From positions 1-62,501 of the forward strand of contig JAGOSH010000003.1 in NCBI GenBank assembly GCA_018062425.1: DNA of 62,501 nt. The letters run 5' to 3'. This stretch comes from Minisyncoccota bacterium (GTDB lineage: Bacteria; Patescibacteriota; Minisyncoccia; Phycocordibacterales; UBA9973). Within the stretch, counting starts at the first letter, position 1, and each line of letters begins with the position of its first letter. The notes under the pieces were generated by a model. It worked only from the letters and a program-made list of their open reading frames with translations. It had not been told where the DNA came from and searched no databases. The translations under genes and the position numbers were made by a program. Shown here piece by piece: positions 35,017 through 44,471 of the stretch.

Positions 35017-35616
35017 TTAACGACTGTAGAACTCAAACACAGCGTTCAGGTCTAGGAATGTGTCCATCTGTTTCGGCTTTGCGGTCACTTTTCCTTCCAT
35101 CTTGTTTACATCGAAATTCAACCAAGCTGGAGCAGTGTAGTCTTTCAATTTTTCTGCCAAGGTAGTAAAGGTCTTTTTGCTCTTTGATCCTTCGCGAACG
35201 GTAACAGTGTCACCGATTTTGATTGCATAAGAAGGTACAGTTACTTTCTTGCCGTGGACGATGAAATGCCCGTGGGAAACCATCTGTCTAGCTTCACGAC
35301 GAGAACAAGCTATACCCATGCGGTAAACTACGTTGTCGAGTCGGAGCTCTAGACTTTCATAAAATTTCTCTACCGCGCCTGCACCTTTGTTCTGAGACGC
35401 TTTTTTAACATAGTTAGAAAGTTGCTTTTCAGTTATACCGTAAGAGAATCGAACTTTCTGCTTTTCCAAGAGCTGAGTACCGAATTCAGAAAGTGCCTTT
35501 GGGCGCTTGGTAGGACGGACGTTACTAATAGAAGCAGAAAACTTTGGAGTTTGACATTTGTCATAAACTCCAGCACCCAATCTCTTTCCAACTTTATACT
35601 TTGGTTTCTTGATCAT
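35017..35616 (-). CDS. rpsD: 30S ribosomal protein S4
   Basis: S4 domain (RLDNVVYRMG...ARQMVSHGH) in its operon position. Confidence 0.95.
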   Translation of the reverse strand: MIKKPKYKVGKRLGAGVYDKCQTPKFSASISNVRPTKRPKALSEFGTQLLEKQKVRFSYGITEKQLSNYVKKASQNKGAGAVEKFYESLELRLDNVVYRMGIACSRREARQMVSHGHFIVHGKKVTVPSYAIKIGDTVTVREGSKSKKTFTTLAEKLKDYTAPAWLNFDVNKMEGKVTAKPKQMDTFLDLNAVFEFYSR

Positions 35617-35629
35617 ATTTTTTCAAAAA

Positions 35630-36076
35630 TTATACTCGTCGCGGTTTCTTTGGTTTTGGACCGTTATGTGGTACTGGAGTTACGTCTTTGATAGAAGTAA
35701 GTTCAACACCATGTGCCATAAATGCACGCACTGCCGGCTCGCGACCAGAACCAACACCTTTAATAACAACGTCAGCTTCTTTTACTCCGAGAGTCTGTGC
35801 CTTGTCTCCTATGATATCTCCAACCTTGGAAGCAGCGAAAGGTGTGCCCTTCTTTGCTCCTTTGAATCCGAGAGACCCAGAAGAAGACCAGAATAATGTA
35901 TTACCTGATTTATCAGAGAATGTAACTTTGGTGTTGTTGAAAGTAGCTTCCACAGAAAGAATACCAGCAGTGATTTTCCTCTTGCCAGCTTTTCCTTTGG
36001 TGACCTTGGTTTCAGTAGCCTCGGCTCCTTCCACCACCTTTTCTTCTTCTTTTTCGTTAACTTTTGTATTTGGCAT
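35630..36076 (-). CDS. rpsK: 30S ribosomal protein S11 (with Lys/Glu-rich N-terminal extension)
   Basis: SSGSLGFKGAKKGTPFAA ... GVGSGREPAVRA ... VTPVPHNG. Confidence 0.95.
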   Translation of the reverse strand: MPNTKVNEKEEEKVVEGAEATETKVTKGKAGKRKITAGILSVEATFNNTKVTFSDKSGNTLFWSSSGSLGFKGAKKGTPFAASKVGDIIGDKAQTLGVKEADVVIKGVGSGREPAVRAFMAHGVELTSIKDVTPVPHNGPKPKKPRRV

Positions 36077-36082
36077 ATTATT

Positions 36083-36463
36083 TTATGTCTTACTTTCCTT
36101 GCGGCGTCCTGAGGCCATAGTCTTTCGTACATTGCCACGCACAGTACGTGAATTGGTTTTGGTACGTTGACCACGAACCGGCAAACGCTTCATGTGACGA
36201 GTACCGCGATAACTTTTAATATCCTTGAGCCTCTTGATGTTGGCTGAAATTTCTCTTTTTAGGTTTCCTTCGGTGCTGAGTCCTTCTACTAGGGCACGGA
36301 TTTTGTTCTCTTCTTCTTCGGTCAGTTCTTTAGCTTTCTTCTCAACTTGGATGTTAGCTGCTTTTAGTATTTTTTTAGCAGATGAATAACCTATGCCGTA
36401 AATTGCGGTTAGACCATACTCGAGCCTCTTCTCGTCCGGGATTGTTATGCCAAGAATTCTCAT
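36083..36463 (-). CDS. rpsM: 30S ribosomal protein S13
   Basis: MRILGITIP...YGIGYSSAKKIL...YRGTRH. Confidence 0.95.
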   Translation of the reverse strand: MRILGITIPDEKRLEYGLTAIYGIGYSSAKKILKAANIQVEKKAKELTEEEENKIRALVEGLSTEGNLKREISANIKRLKDIKSYRGTRHMKRLPVRGQRTKTNSRTVRGNVRKTMASGRRKESKT

Positions 36464-36466
36464 ATC

Positions 36467-36577
36467 TTATTGCTTCTGCTTATGCTTTGGGTTAGAACAA
36501 ATCACTAGCAAATGTCTTTTGCGTTTAACCATCTTACATTTTGCGCAAATCTTTTTAACTGATGCTTTGATCTTCAT
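36467..36577 (-). CDS. rpmJ: 50S ribosomal protein L36
   Basis: 36-aa ORF translated by hand (below the ORF-track cutoff): [36 protein letters not shown]. Confidence 0.93.
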   Translation of the reverse strand: MKIKASVKKICAKCKMVKRKRHLLVICSNPKHKQKQ

Positions 36578-36701
36578 ACCGCTGCTATGTTAATTACTAA
36601 AATAATCAAAATAAAACGAAAATAAGGAAAAAACCCTTATTTTTTATCACTAAATCGCTCTATCTGAATGTGGAATGTATCATACACTACTTTCAAAAAA
36701 A

Positions 36702-36923
36702 TTACAACCTTTTTATGATTCTGCCTTTTCCACCGTACGGGTCGAGCACAATTTCAACCTTGTCGCCCACCAAAACCTTGATTCGGTGCATACGCATTTT
36801 ACCTCCAAGGTAAGCAAGCAATCCTTCGCCGGATTCCAACTCAACACGAAACAAAGTTGAAGGCAAAGCTTCGGTTACTACGCCACGTGCGGTTAATAAT
36901 TTATCGTCTTTTAGGTTGCTCAT
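36702..36923 (-). CDS. infA: translation initiation factor IF-1
   Basis: S1-like fold sequence: GVVTEALPSTLFRVELESGEGLLAYLGGKMRMHRIKVLVGDKV. Confidence 0.95.
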   Translation of the reverse strand: MSNLKDDKLLTARGVVTEALPSTLFRVELESGEGLLAYLGGKMRMHRIKVLVGDKVEIVLDPYGGKGRIIKRL

Positions 36924-36975
36924 TTAGCTGTGGAAAATATAATATAAAAAGGTCCCAATGTCAATCAAAGGAGTC

Positions 36976-38322
36976 TTATTTATCTCCATAATTGACTATG
37001 ATTTTTATACGCTTTAGCTTGTCTGGTAGTTTCGTCCTCCAAACTGGTCGTAAAACGAGTTCAGCACTTTCGATGTTTTTGTTCTCAGCCAAGATCTTCT
37101 TGAAATCATCCTTCTTGCGCGACAACAACTGCCCAGCTATCTCGTCTTCGTTAATTTTATAAACCACCTTGCCGGTTCCAGTCAGCCTGAAATTAAGGTT
37201 TTTTGAATCCACCGACAGGGCGTCTTTGTTGCCGAAAGCAAGAATGAATTTTTGTAGCTCCGGAATAAAAACTTCTTCTCCGTTGTAGTCTGGAACTGCT
37301 ATTTTTGCTACTTTCTTTACCAAGTCAGACTCCTTGAATAGGAAACCGAACACAGAGCCGGTCACCGAAACAGGAGCGGATTCTTCTTTTTGAGTAGCAC
37401 TAACATTTGAACTCCCTTCCTTGAAAATTAGTGAGTCCTTGAAAAGCACATAGTCCTCAGGTACTTGCTCTAATACCTTTTTAGTTAAATTGTCTTTTAG
37501 GGTCATGGTCAAACCAGAAGACACCTTTGTTTTTTCCTCTTCGGAAACTACATAAAATTTACCCGACAGGCCTCCGGTTATGTCGCCCTCACTGCGAGCG
37601 TAAAATTTGTCATATTTGCCAGTACCACGAAAACCGAAAACTTTAAAATCAAGCGGACCGCTGTTGTATTCCTCCCCCGGTTCGTAACCATATACACCAA
37701 CCTTGGTGAAACCAGGTGCATCCCCAGTCATTCCTGGTATTACCACTTCCTTCTCGGTTTTATAAATTTTGCCATTGGAACCTTCGAGACGAGTATCGAT
37801 GGAGAGTTTCTGTGGAGACGCGCCGTATTTGTTGTAAATCAAAACTTGACCACGGGCTGGAGTTTTCATATCTTTTTGCGTGGTTGCTGTAATGTTGGTA
37901 CTTTCACTACCTTCCATGGAAACTATTTCAAAAGACAAGTCTGGACCCTCTACGCTACCGCGCACCGCACTCAAAAGTTCTTCTAGTTTAAAATCTTTTG
38001 ATTTTGGAGTAATGGTGACTTTGGCCGAAGAAAAATTTGAAGAAAGGGCAAGAAACAAAACCAAAACAGCAAATAAGGCTACGAACCACAGTGACTTGTG
38101 GCCTTTGTGTGGCTCTCCCACTGGTCCTTCAAAAGCATCTTTTTCAATGTCTACCCTGGGCGCCACGTCATCGTTCTTTTTCTTCAGCAGGTGTAATTTG
38201 TTCAGACGCTCGTCTATCTTTGTGTTTTCTTCTTTTTCAGATACAAATCTTTTCACGGTCTTACGACTCTCGGTTTGGGAGCTATTCTTGGAAACCATAT
38301 CTGACATAATTTTTTTAACCAT
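36976..38322 (-). CDS. hypothetical single-pass membrane-anchored protein (448 aa)
   Basis: A charged N-terminus is followed by one TM helix (LWFVALFAVLVLFLALS) and a large extracytoplasmic domain. No family recognised. Confidence 0.5.
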   Translation of the reverse strand: MVKKIMSDMVSKNSSQTESRKTVKRFVSEKEENTKIDERLNKLHLLKKKNDDVAPRVDIEKDAFEGPVGEPHKGHKSLWFVALFAVLVLFLALSSNFSSAKVTITPKSKDFKLEELLSAVRGSVEGPDLSFEIVSMEGSESTNITATTQKDMKTPARGQVLIYNKYGASPQKLSIDTRLEGSNGKIYKTEKEVVIPGMTGDAPGFTKVGVYGYEPGEEYNSGPLDFKVFGFRGTGKYDKFYARSEGDITGGLSGKFYVVSEEEKTKVSSGLTMTLKDNLTKKVLEQVPEDYVLFKDSLIFKEGSSNVSATQKEESAPVSVTGSVFGFLFKESDLVKKVAKIAVPDYNGEEVFIPELQKFILAFGNKDALSVDSKNLNFRLTGTGKVVYKINEDEIAGQLLSRKKDDFKKILAENKNIESAELVLRPVWRTKLPDKLKRIKIIVNYGDK

Positions 38323-38333
38323 ATGCTTGAATT

Positions 38334-39512
38334 TTAACGGAGAAATTGATTAATGTAAATCGACTCGATTATAAGGAATGGGTCTCGAACAACATCATCC
38401 TTTACAATAGCTATACCGTGCAGAGATTCTATGCTTAGAAACAACATGCGGAATTTGGATTCGGTAAGGGTGTATTGGTTCAACTGTTCGGTCTTGATTG
38501 TTTTCGAAAAGAAATCAGCCAAATCTTTGTTGACGGTAATAAAAATGGTTGCTGGAATAGAAATGTCGTTAGTTAGATTTCGGAGTGACTCTTGAAAGTT
38601 TCTGAGCCATTCGGTTCTGATCTCGGTGACCACAGGATCAACCTTTTTTAAAAGAGTGTCTGCCATGTGGCCTTCATTGTAAATTGTCATGAACGACTGA
38701 GCTTCGTCGAAAGTTGTTTTTAGGACTTTTGCTAATCTACGCACGATGAAATTCTCCCCAATCGGGAACGAGATAGATTCGCGAATAACTTCTTTTTTGA
38801 CCATGGATATGTCGGTCACCTCACCGCCAATGTTCACCAACAAGAAACTCTCCTGGTTTACAAACATGTCTCGTGCCACAGCAAAGGAAGCCATAGCGAA
38901 TGAAGTAAACTTAATTTCCGGCACATTAAAATGCCGAATTATGGATTTCTCTATTTCTGTAAGTAGGCTTTCCTGGCTCATTGAGATAAAAATCGACATT
39001 TCAAGTTCTTTGGCTTTTTGACCAAAAGGTTTAGCTGTCTTGTAACCATTCAATGTTGTGCTCATGGTTTTGAGCTCGATGGCTCGCACGCGATTCATAT
39101 CTTCACCGTATTTTTTTGCATGTTCTTCTTGAAATAGTTTCATCTCTTTTTCAATCAAACCATCAGCTAGCTTTGAGGTGAATACAAACGGAACATTCTT
39201 CTCGAGCTTTATGACTCGGGTCTGAGAAGCGAACCAAGGAGAAGACAACACACAGTAAACTTCGCTCGGTTTGCCGTGCCCAGCAAGACAGATTTTGCCG
39301 GCTATTTCTCTCAAGGTTTTCAAAGTTGTTTCGAAAAACTTTTGATGGTCTAGTTCAGCTTCGAGTTTTATGATTTCGCGCAAGGTATAAAGGATTTTCG
39401 GAGCTCCACCTTGTTGTCGCAAAAAAAGCGCTCCGCCGACGGACGAAGAACCAATATCAAAAACTAAAACGAGTGTTTCTTTTTGTTTTTTTGATTTAGA
39501 AAATATCTGCAC
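38334..39512 (-). CDS. actin-like ATPase (FtsA/PilM-type fold)
   Basis: Phosphate-1-like VFDIGSSSVGGALF and LLVNIGGEVTDISMV. The start is reassigned to GTG at 39512, 6 nt downstream of TGCTATAAT. The ATG at 39590 would overlap alaS by 41 nt. Confidence 0.5.
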   Translation of the reverse strand: MQIFSKSKKQKETLVLVFDIGSSSVGGALFLRQQGGAPKILYTLREIIKLEAELDHQKFFETTLKTLREIAGKICLAGHGKPSEVYCVLSSPWFASQTRVIKLEKNVPFVFTSKLADGLIEKEMKLFQEEHAKKYGEDMNRVRAIELKTMSTTLNGYKTAKPFGQKAKELEMSIFISMSQESLLTEIEKSIIRHFNVPEIKFTSFAMASFAVARDMFVNQESFLLVNIGGEVTDISMVKKEVIRESISFPIGENFIVRRLAKVLKTTFDEAQSFMTIYNEGHMADTLLKKVDPVVTEIRTEWLRNFQESLRNLTNDISIPATIFITVNKDLADFFSKTIKTEQLNQYTLTESKFRMLFLSIESLHGIAIVKDDVVRDPFLIIESIYINQFLR

Positions 39513-39518
39513 AGAGTA

Positions 39519-39527
39519 ATTATAGCA
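39519..39527 (-). promoter_or_regulatory. extended -10 box (TGCTATAAT) 6 nt upstream of a GTG start
   Basis: Minus strand reads ttgtgcTATAATtactctGTGcag. This matches the architecture at 23185-23193. Confidence 0.5.
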
Positions 39528-39549
39528 CAACGAAAAACATGCGTCACAA

Positions 39550-41289
39550 CTAAACGAGTACAGCTTTGATACGTCGGATACCTTGAGCAACGGCTTCTTC
39601 TTTTAAAATCTTGAACGTGCTCAATTCTTGAGTGTTTTTCACATGAGGGCCACCGCAGAATTCTTTGGAAATTGCGTTCTCTAGATTCTCTCCGACGAAA
39701 TACACAGACACCATGTCTGGATACTTTGCACCGAACTCCATCTGAGCTCCTACCTTCTCTGCTTCTTCACGAGGTATTTCTACCCGAGTCATTGGAAGTT
39801 TTCCTTGGATCCAACCATTTACCAGTCCTTCAACTTTTACCAACTCTTCTGGAGTTACTTTTTGTGGGTGCAAGAAGTCTATGCGGAGCCTCTCTGCGGT
39901 GATGTTACTACCCCTCTGATGTACGTGGTCACCGAGCACCTGCCTGAGCGCTGCTAGGAGCAAGTGGTGCGCCGTATGTAACCTTATTGTAGCTTCACTA
40001 GTGTCTGCCAGACCACCTTTGAACATACCAGATGAGGATGTTTGTGAAAGTTTCTGGTGTTCAGCCATCTTTTTATTAAAATCTTCTTTATCAATAACCT
40101 GGCCTTTATCCTGAGCCAACTCTTCGGTAAGTTCTATCGGAAAGCCGTATGTCGTTGCCAATATGAACGGATCTGTACCTTTTTCAAATTCTTTTTTACC
40201 TTCGGCAAGAGTGGTAGAAAACTTTTGCTCCTCAGCATTGAAAACAGAGGCAATGTCTACCTCGGTAACCCGCGGATAAACATCTGAGTAAAAATTAACA
40301 AAGTAATTAATCATGTCTCCAGCTGTTGCTTGCTCGAGTCCGAGTTTCTTCATGTAAAAAACAGCACGCCTGATCAAACGACGAAGCACGTATCCTTGGC
40401 TTTTATTTGCTGGAATTACTCCATCAGCAATAAGCATAGTGGAGGCACGCATGTGGTCAACCACAATACGAGCAGAACGTTCATCAAAATTTTTAGCATT
40501 CTGGCGTATCAAATCCATCACAGTCTTTAGCATATCTGTCTCGTAACCTGTTCGTTGTCCTTGCATTACTGCAGAGATTCTTTCGAGTCCAGCACCAGTA
40601 TCTACATTTTTCTGGCTTAGCTTACCTATGACTTTACCGTCTTTCTTTTCAAATTCCATGAACACGTCATTCCAGATTTCAACCACAGTTTCTTTTTTGA
40701 GAGCCTGCAAAAATTCCTCGTGTGACAAGTCGCCAACATCGCCAGTCATATCATAAAACATCTCACTACATGGGCCACATGGACCGTTGTCCCCAGGACT
40801 CCACCAGTTGTCATCTGCAGGTAGTGCATACACGCGGTTCTCGGGAATTCCTAAACTCATCCAAATATCCTTGGACTCTTGATCAAACGGAGCGTCTTCG
40901 TTGCCTTCAAATACGGTTACATACAATTTCTTTGGATCAAGTCCTAGACCTTCTTCTTTTGAAGTTAAAAATTCATAACTCCAGGTTATAGCTTCTTGTT
41001 TGAAATAATCTCCCAGAGACCAATTACCCATCATTTCAAAAAATGAGAAGTGTCGGTTGTCTCCTATGTCGTCGAGGTCACCTGTTCTGACACATTTCTG
41101 TACATCAGCAATACGAGTACCCATCGGATGTTTCTGTCCTAGAAGATAAGGTACTAAAGGCTGCATGCCGGCAGTATTGAAAAGCACCGAAGGATCATTC
41201 TCGGGTACGAGTGAAGTGGAAGGAATAACAGCGTGTCCCCTCTTTTCGAAAAATTTTAAAAATCGTGTGCGTATTTCTTGCGAGTTCAT
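39550..41289 (-). CDS. alaS: alanine--tRNA ligase, short form lacking the C-terminal C-Ala/DHHA1 region
   Basis: MNSQEIRTRFLKFFEKRGH..., FNTAGMQ, an editing-domain HxxxH (HTAHHLL), and a C-terminus ending ...GIRRIKAVLV. The start is taken at the Met giving the canonical N-terminus, which avoids overlap with the upstream gene. Confidence 0.9.
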   Translation of the reverse strand: MNSQEIRTRFLKFFEKRGHAVIPSTSLVPENDPSVLFNTAGMQPLVPYLLGQKHPMGTRIADVQKCVRTGDLDDIGDNRHFSFFEMMGNWSLGDYFKQEAITWSYEFLTSKEEGLGLDPKKLYVTVFEGNEDAPFDQESKDIWMSLGIPENRVYALPADDNWWSPGDNGPCGPCSEMFYDMTGDVGDLSHEEFLQALKKETVVEIWNDVFMEFEKKDGKVIGKLSQKNVDTGAGLERISAVMQGQRTGYETDMLKTVMDLIRQNAKNFDERSARIVVDHMRASTMLIADGVIPANKSQGYVLRRLIRRAVFYMKKLGLEQATAGDMINYFVNFYSDVYPRVTEVDIASVFNAEEQKFSTTLAEGKKEFEKGTDPFILATTYGFPIELTEELAQDKGQVIDKEDFNKKMAEHQKLSQTSSSGMFKGGLADTSEATIRLHTAHHLLLAALRQVLGDHVHQRGSNITAERLRIDFLHPQKVTPEELVKVEGLVNGWIQGKLPMTRVEIPREEAEKVGAQMEFGAKYPDMVSVYFVGENLENAISKEFCGGPHVKNTQELSTFKILKEEAVAQGIRRIKAVLV

Positions 41290-41290
41290 T

Positions 41291-41755
41291 TTATTGGAGT
41301 TTGTCGTCGGTGTGATCCCTCTTTTCAACCATATTTATGACCGGTCGTTCCACCATGGAAATAAATACGAAGATAAGGAGCACGAAGACGGTAGTTAATA
41401 CTGCTAAATTAAATAATCCGAAACCAGCGGCCATACCTATACCTGCAGTTACCCAGAATCCACTGGCAGTAGTTAGACCCTTGAGTCTGTTACCTTGAAA
41501 TATTATCGAGCCTGCACCCATGAAGCCTATGCCGACAATGATCTGCGAAGCCATGCGAGACGCGTCGAAACCACCAATGTCAGCGTATTTGGCCGCGAGC
41601 GCTTCTGAGATGATGATAAAAAGCGCGGCACCCATCGAAACCATGGCATGAGTTTTCATACCCGCTTCCTTGTGCCCTAGTAAACGCTCGAAACCGATAA
41701 CCATACCGAGTAATATAGCCAACCCTAGCCTCACGATTATTTCACTGTTTTCCAT
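41291..41755 (-). CDS. MgtC/SapB-family membrane protein
   Basis: GFERLLGHKEAGMKTHALV-type motif (GFERLLGHKEAGMKTHAMVSMGAALF). Confidence 0.8.
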   Translation of the reverse strand: MENSEIIVRLGLAILLGMVIGFERLLGHKEAGMKTHAMVSMGAALFIIISEALAAKYADIGGFDASRMASQIIVGIGFMGAGSIIFQGNRLKGLTTASGFWVTAGIGMAAGFGLFNLAVLTTVFVLLIFVFISMVERPVINMVEKRDHTDDKLQ

Positions 41756-41812
41756 AAGAATATTCTATACTAGAGTAGGGAAAAAACAAACCAGTTACTG
41801 GTTTGGAGGATT

Positions 41813-42334
41813 TTACAGAAAACTATCCATCACCTCTTTAAGAAAAGTTTCATTTTCTCTGCACCACATAGATTGATCAAATTCATCGGGAGACAACCAC
41901 ATTCTGCCATGCGCGTCTTCGTTACCTTCGAACAACTCTTCACTTTCCAAGTCACACAAATAATAAAGCATATAACCGGTAGGATATGGGTATCTAGAAT
42001 TTTCTGGTTTTTCTGTATGGGTCGTAATCTTTAGATAACCAACGAGCTTTGGATTGTTCACATGAACACCGGTTTCTTCGAAAGTTTCCCTGACTGCAGT
42101 ATCTCTAGGATGCTCGCCTTCATCTATGTGTCCGCCTGGAATATCGAACCTCCGCTCTGGCCTCTCGCCTTCTTTGAGTTCGGTTTGTAAAAATTTACCG
42201 TCTTTAAATACAAAAGCATACGATGCAGTACACAGAGATAAATCCGGAAGTTCATCTGACATATACAATTCTACGGTATTGTTCTGCCCGTCTATCCAGT
42301 ATAAATCCTTTTTAGTTTCTATTAGTTTTTTCAT
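41813..42334 (-). CDS. NUDIX hydrolase
   Basis: Nudix box GGHIDEGEHPRDTAVRETFEETG. Confidence 0.85.
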   Translation of the reverse strand: MKKLIETKKDLYWIDGQNNTVELYMSDELPDLSLCTASYAFVFKDGKFLQTELKEGERPERRFDIPGGHIDEGEHPRDTAVRETFEETGVHVNNPKLVGYLKITTHTEKPENSRYPYPTGYMLYYLCDLESEELFEGNEDAHGRMWLSPDEFDQSMWCRENETFLKEVMDSFL

Positions 42335-42335
42335 T

Positions 42336-42764
42336 TTAGTTCTGTATAATTACGATTCCATCTTTATCCATCGAAAACTTTTTCTTATTTCTTATATATT
42401 TAAAGACACTGAACAATTTCCGATGTTTTAAATATTCTGGATCGTTATGATGTAAATATGCTTCCTGCTCAAGGGCAGAATAGTGATAAGCTTCATAAGC
42501 GGACATATTCAAAAAGATTCTTGCATAAATTTGCTCACAAACATACAACACCAACACACCTATAAAAAGCAGATCGTATGTTTGTCTGAGATGAATGAGC
42601 TCGTGGTTTACAATCCAAGACTCTTCGAATTTTTCATCAGCAAAGAAAATAAAAGGTGGCCACGTTGATGCTCTCATCTCCTTTTTTCCTCCCATTAAAA
42701 ATCTATCGATCTTAATTGGAAGAGTATCGCCATACACCGCAATATAACCTTTTTTAAATTTCAT
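42336..42764 (-). CDS. hypothetical protein with HExxH metallopeptidase-like motif
   Basis: VNHELIHLRQ, plus a hydrophobic helix immediately after it. Confidence 0.4.
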   Translation of the reverse strand: MKFKKGYIAVYGDTLPIKIDRFLMGGKKEMRASTWPPFIFFADEKFEESWIVNHELIHLRQTYDLLFIGVLVLYVCEQIYARIFLNMSAYEAYHYSALEQEAYLHHNDPEYLKHRKLFSVFKYIRNKKKFSMDKDGIVIIQN

Positions 42765-42804
42765 ATTTTATAAGTTTTATCATAGCAAGACTTTGGCAGA
42801 TATA

Positions 42805-43569
42805 CTAAAGTGTAAAAACAAACCCATTTCTACTCCAAAACCACAAAGGTGGATGCATCTCTATTGGAGTGATTCCAGAGCCCCTAAGTAAAATTCTCCA
42901 TTTTTCTGAAATGTCATCCTTGGATAATTTTACTGCTTCATCTTTTGTAATCACTCCTAGCAACACTGAACATTGTGTTATGTGAGTATCGGGAGCTATT
43001 TCTATATATTCTTTGTTCTCTAACTCTACCTTTCCATACTCTCCTAAAATAAAAGACCAATAATTAAAAATCTTTGGTCCCGAAAGGTAGGGAAATTGTT
43101 TTTTGTGCTTTACTTGAACCATATCTTTGAGAACCAAAAAATCATCGCTCGCTGCCTTAACGAAGTTAGTAAAACTTCCCCACTCTTTTACGATAGTGTT
43201 TGCAATACTTTTCCATGTGGCAATGTGTTTATTCGGCTGTAAGGCAACTTTGTATTTAGTTAAACAACTTCTAAGCTCATCGTCGGACATTTTTGAAACT
43301 TCATTCACATCAAAGACCTTTCTTGTTTCTTTATCTTGCCAAGTTTTTAAAACACTTTCCCAAAGCTTGTAACTATCTCGTTGGTAGTTTAAAGCCATAG
43401 GCAATGTAAAATATGCGAATCTCATTTCAACCTCATTGTCCGAAAAACCAGGGTTACTATCCTCCGGCATTTTGGTTTGGCCTAAATCACCATTTCTATA
43501 TGCTTCAAGCAGTTTTTTGCAATTTTGATGAAATACATTGATCATAATTGTTTTTTCTATCTCGATCAA
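42805..43569 (-). CDS. hypothetical protein, possibly HhH-GPD-superfamily-like
   Basis: FPYLSGPKIFNYW ... IAPDTHI resembles uncharacterised glycosylase-like families. Weak call. Confidence 0.35.
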   Translation of the reverse strand: MIEIEKTIMINVFHQNCKKLLEAYRNGDLGQTKMPEDSNPGFSDNEVEMRFAYFTLPMALNYQRDSYKLWESVLKTWQDKETRKVFDVNEVSKMSDDELRSCLTKYKVALQPNKHIATWKSIANTIVKEWGSFTNFVKAASDDFLVLKDMVQVKHKKQFPYLSGPKIFNYWSFILGEYGKVELENKEYIEIAPDTHITQCSVLLGVITKDEAVKLSKDDISEKWRILLRGSGITPIEMHPPLWFWSRNGFVFTL

Positions 43570-43578
43570 GAACTTCTT

Positions 43579-44076
43579 TTACTCTAGGGAGTCTAGCAAT
43601 TTATTAATTTCTTTATTATTCCTAACGATATAAACTTGGGATTGATTTTTGTATTCATTTACCAAAACACGCATCTCTGTTTGTGGAAAGTTTAATATCC
43701 TACTAACTAAACCGCTACTAATTTTTTGTTGAGCACCGTCTGGTAAATGAAACTGCGGAGTGCGATTAAATATACGAATAAAGGACCGCCATAGTGCTCG
43801 CCATTTTGGAAAATCCAAAAACACAATAACATCAGCCCTGCTCAACCTTATTTCTAGAGAACTTTGGTAATTGCCGTCCATTATCCATTCATCTCTGTCA
43901 GCTATGGTCTGAACAAAACCTTTCCATTCAATCCTGGTCGGATACCTCTTTTTCCAATCACTTGTCCAGTATTCTTTGTCTAAATGAATTACAGGTCGGT
44001 CGAGTTTTTTACCAAGTTTATTAGCAAAAGTTGATTTTCCCGAACCCGATATTCCAATTATTGCAATTCGTTTCAT
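43579..44076 (-). CDS. P-loop NMP-kinase-like protein (topology-modulation/adenylate-kinase-like)
   Basis: MKRIAIIGISGSGKSTFANKL; 165 aa. Confidence 0.65.
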   Translation of the reverse strand: MKRIAIIGISGSGKSTFANKLGKKLDRPVIHLDKEYWTSDWKKRYPTRIEWKGFVQTIADRDEWIMDGNYQSSLEIRLSRADVIVFLDFPKWRALWRSFIRIFNRTPQFHLPDGAQQKISSGLVSRILNFPQTEMRVLVNEYKNQSQVYIVRNNKEINKLLDSLE

Positions 44077-44098
44077 TGTATTATTTTTATGCTTTAAA

Positions 44099-44470
44099 TT
44101 AATTATTTATAGACCTCGTCGCAACCTCAATAACGTATCCATCTGGATCCTTGAAGTCTATAGTAAGAGCTGAATTACCTTTATAAGTGTATTCGATTGG
44201 CCCTCGTATAATATCGGCATTTTGATCTATTAAAAATTTAGAAACTTTTTCTAAAACTTCTTTTGAATCCGCTTCAAAACAAATATGTCTGGGCCCAATA
44301 TTTTCATTAAACAAAACTTTTTTCTCTAGAAAATATATTTTTGTAGTACTATAGTGAAATCCGTTTTCATGATATCTTTCCCAACCAATTAATTCAAAAA
44401 GCTCTTCGTAGAAAGACAGCGACTTTTTTAGATTTGAAACCCAAAACTCTATGTGCTTTATTCCTGCCAT
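44099..44470 (-). CDS. VOC/glyoxalase-family protein
   Basis: IKHIEFWVSNLKKSLSFYE ... FKDPDGYVIEV. Confidence 0.75.
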   Translation of the reverse strand: MAGIKHIEFWVSNLKKSLSFYEELFELIGWERYHENGFHYSTTKIYFLEKKVLFNENIGPRHICFEADSKEVLEKVSKFLIDQNADIIRGPIEYTYKGNSALTIDFKDPDGYVIEVATRSINN

Positions 44471-44471
44471 T

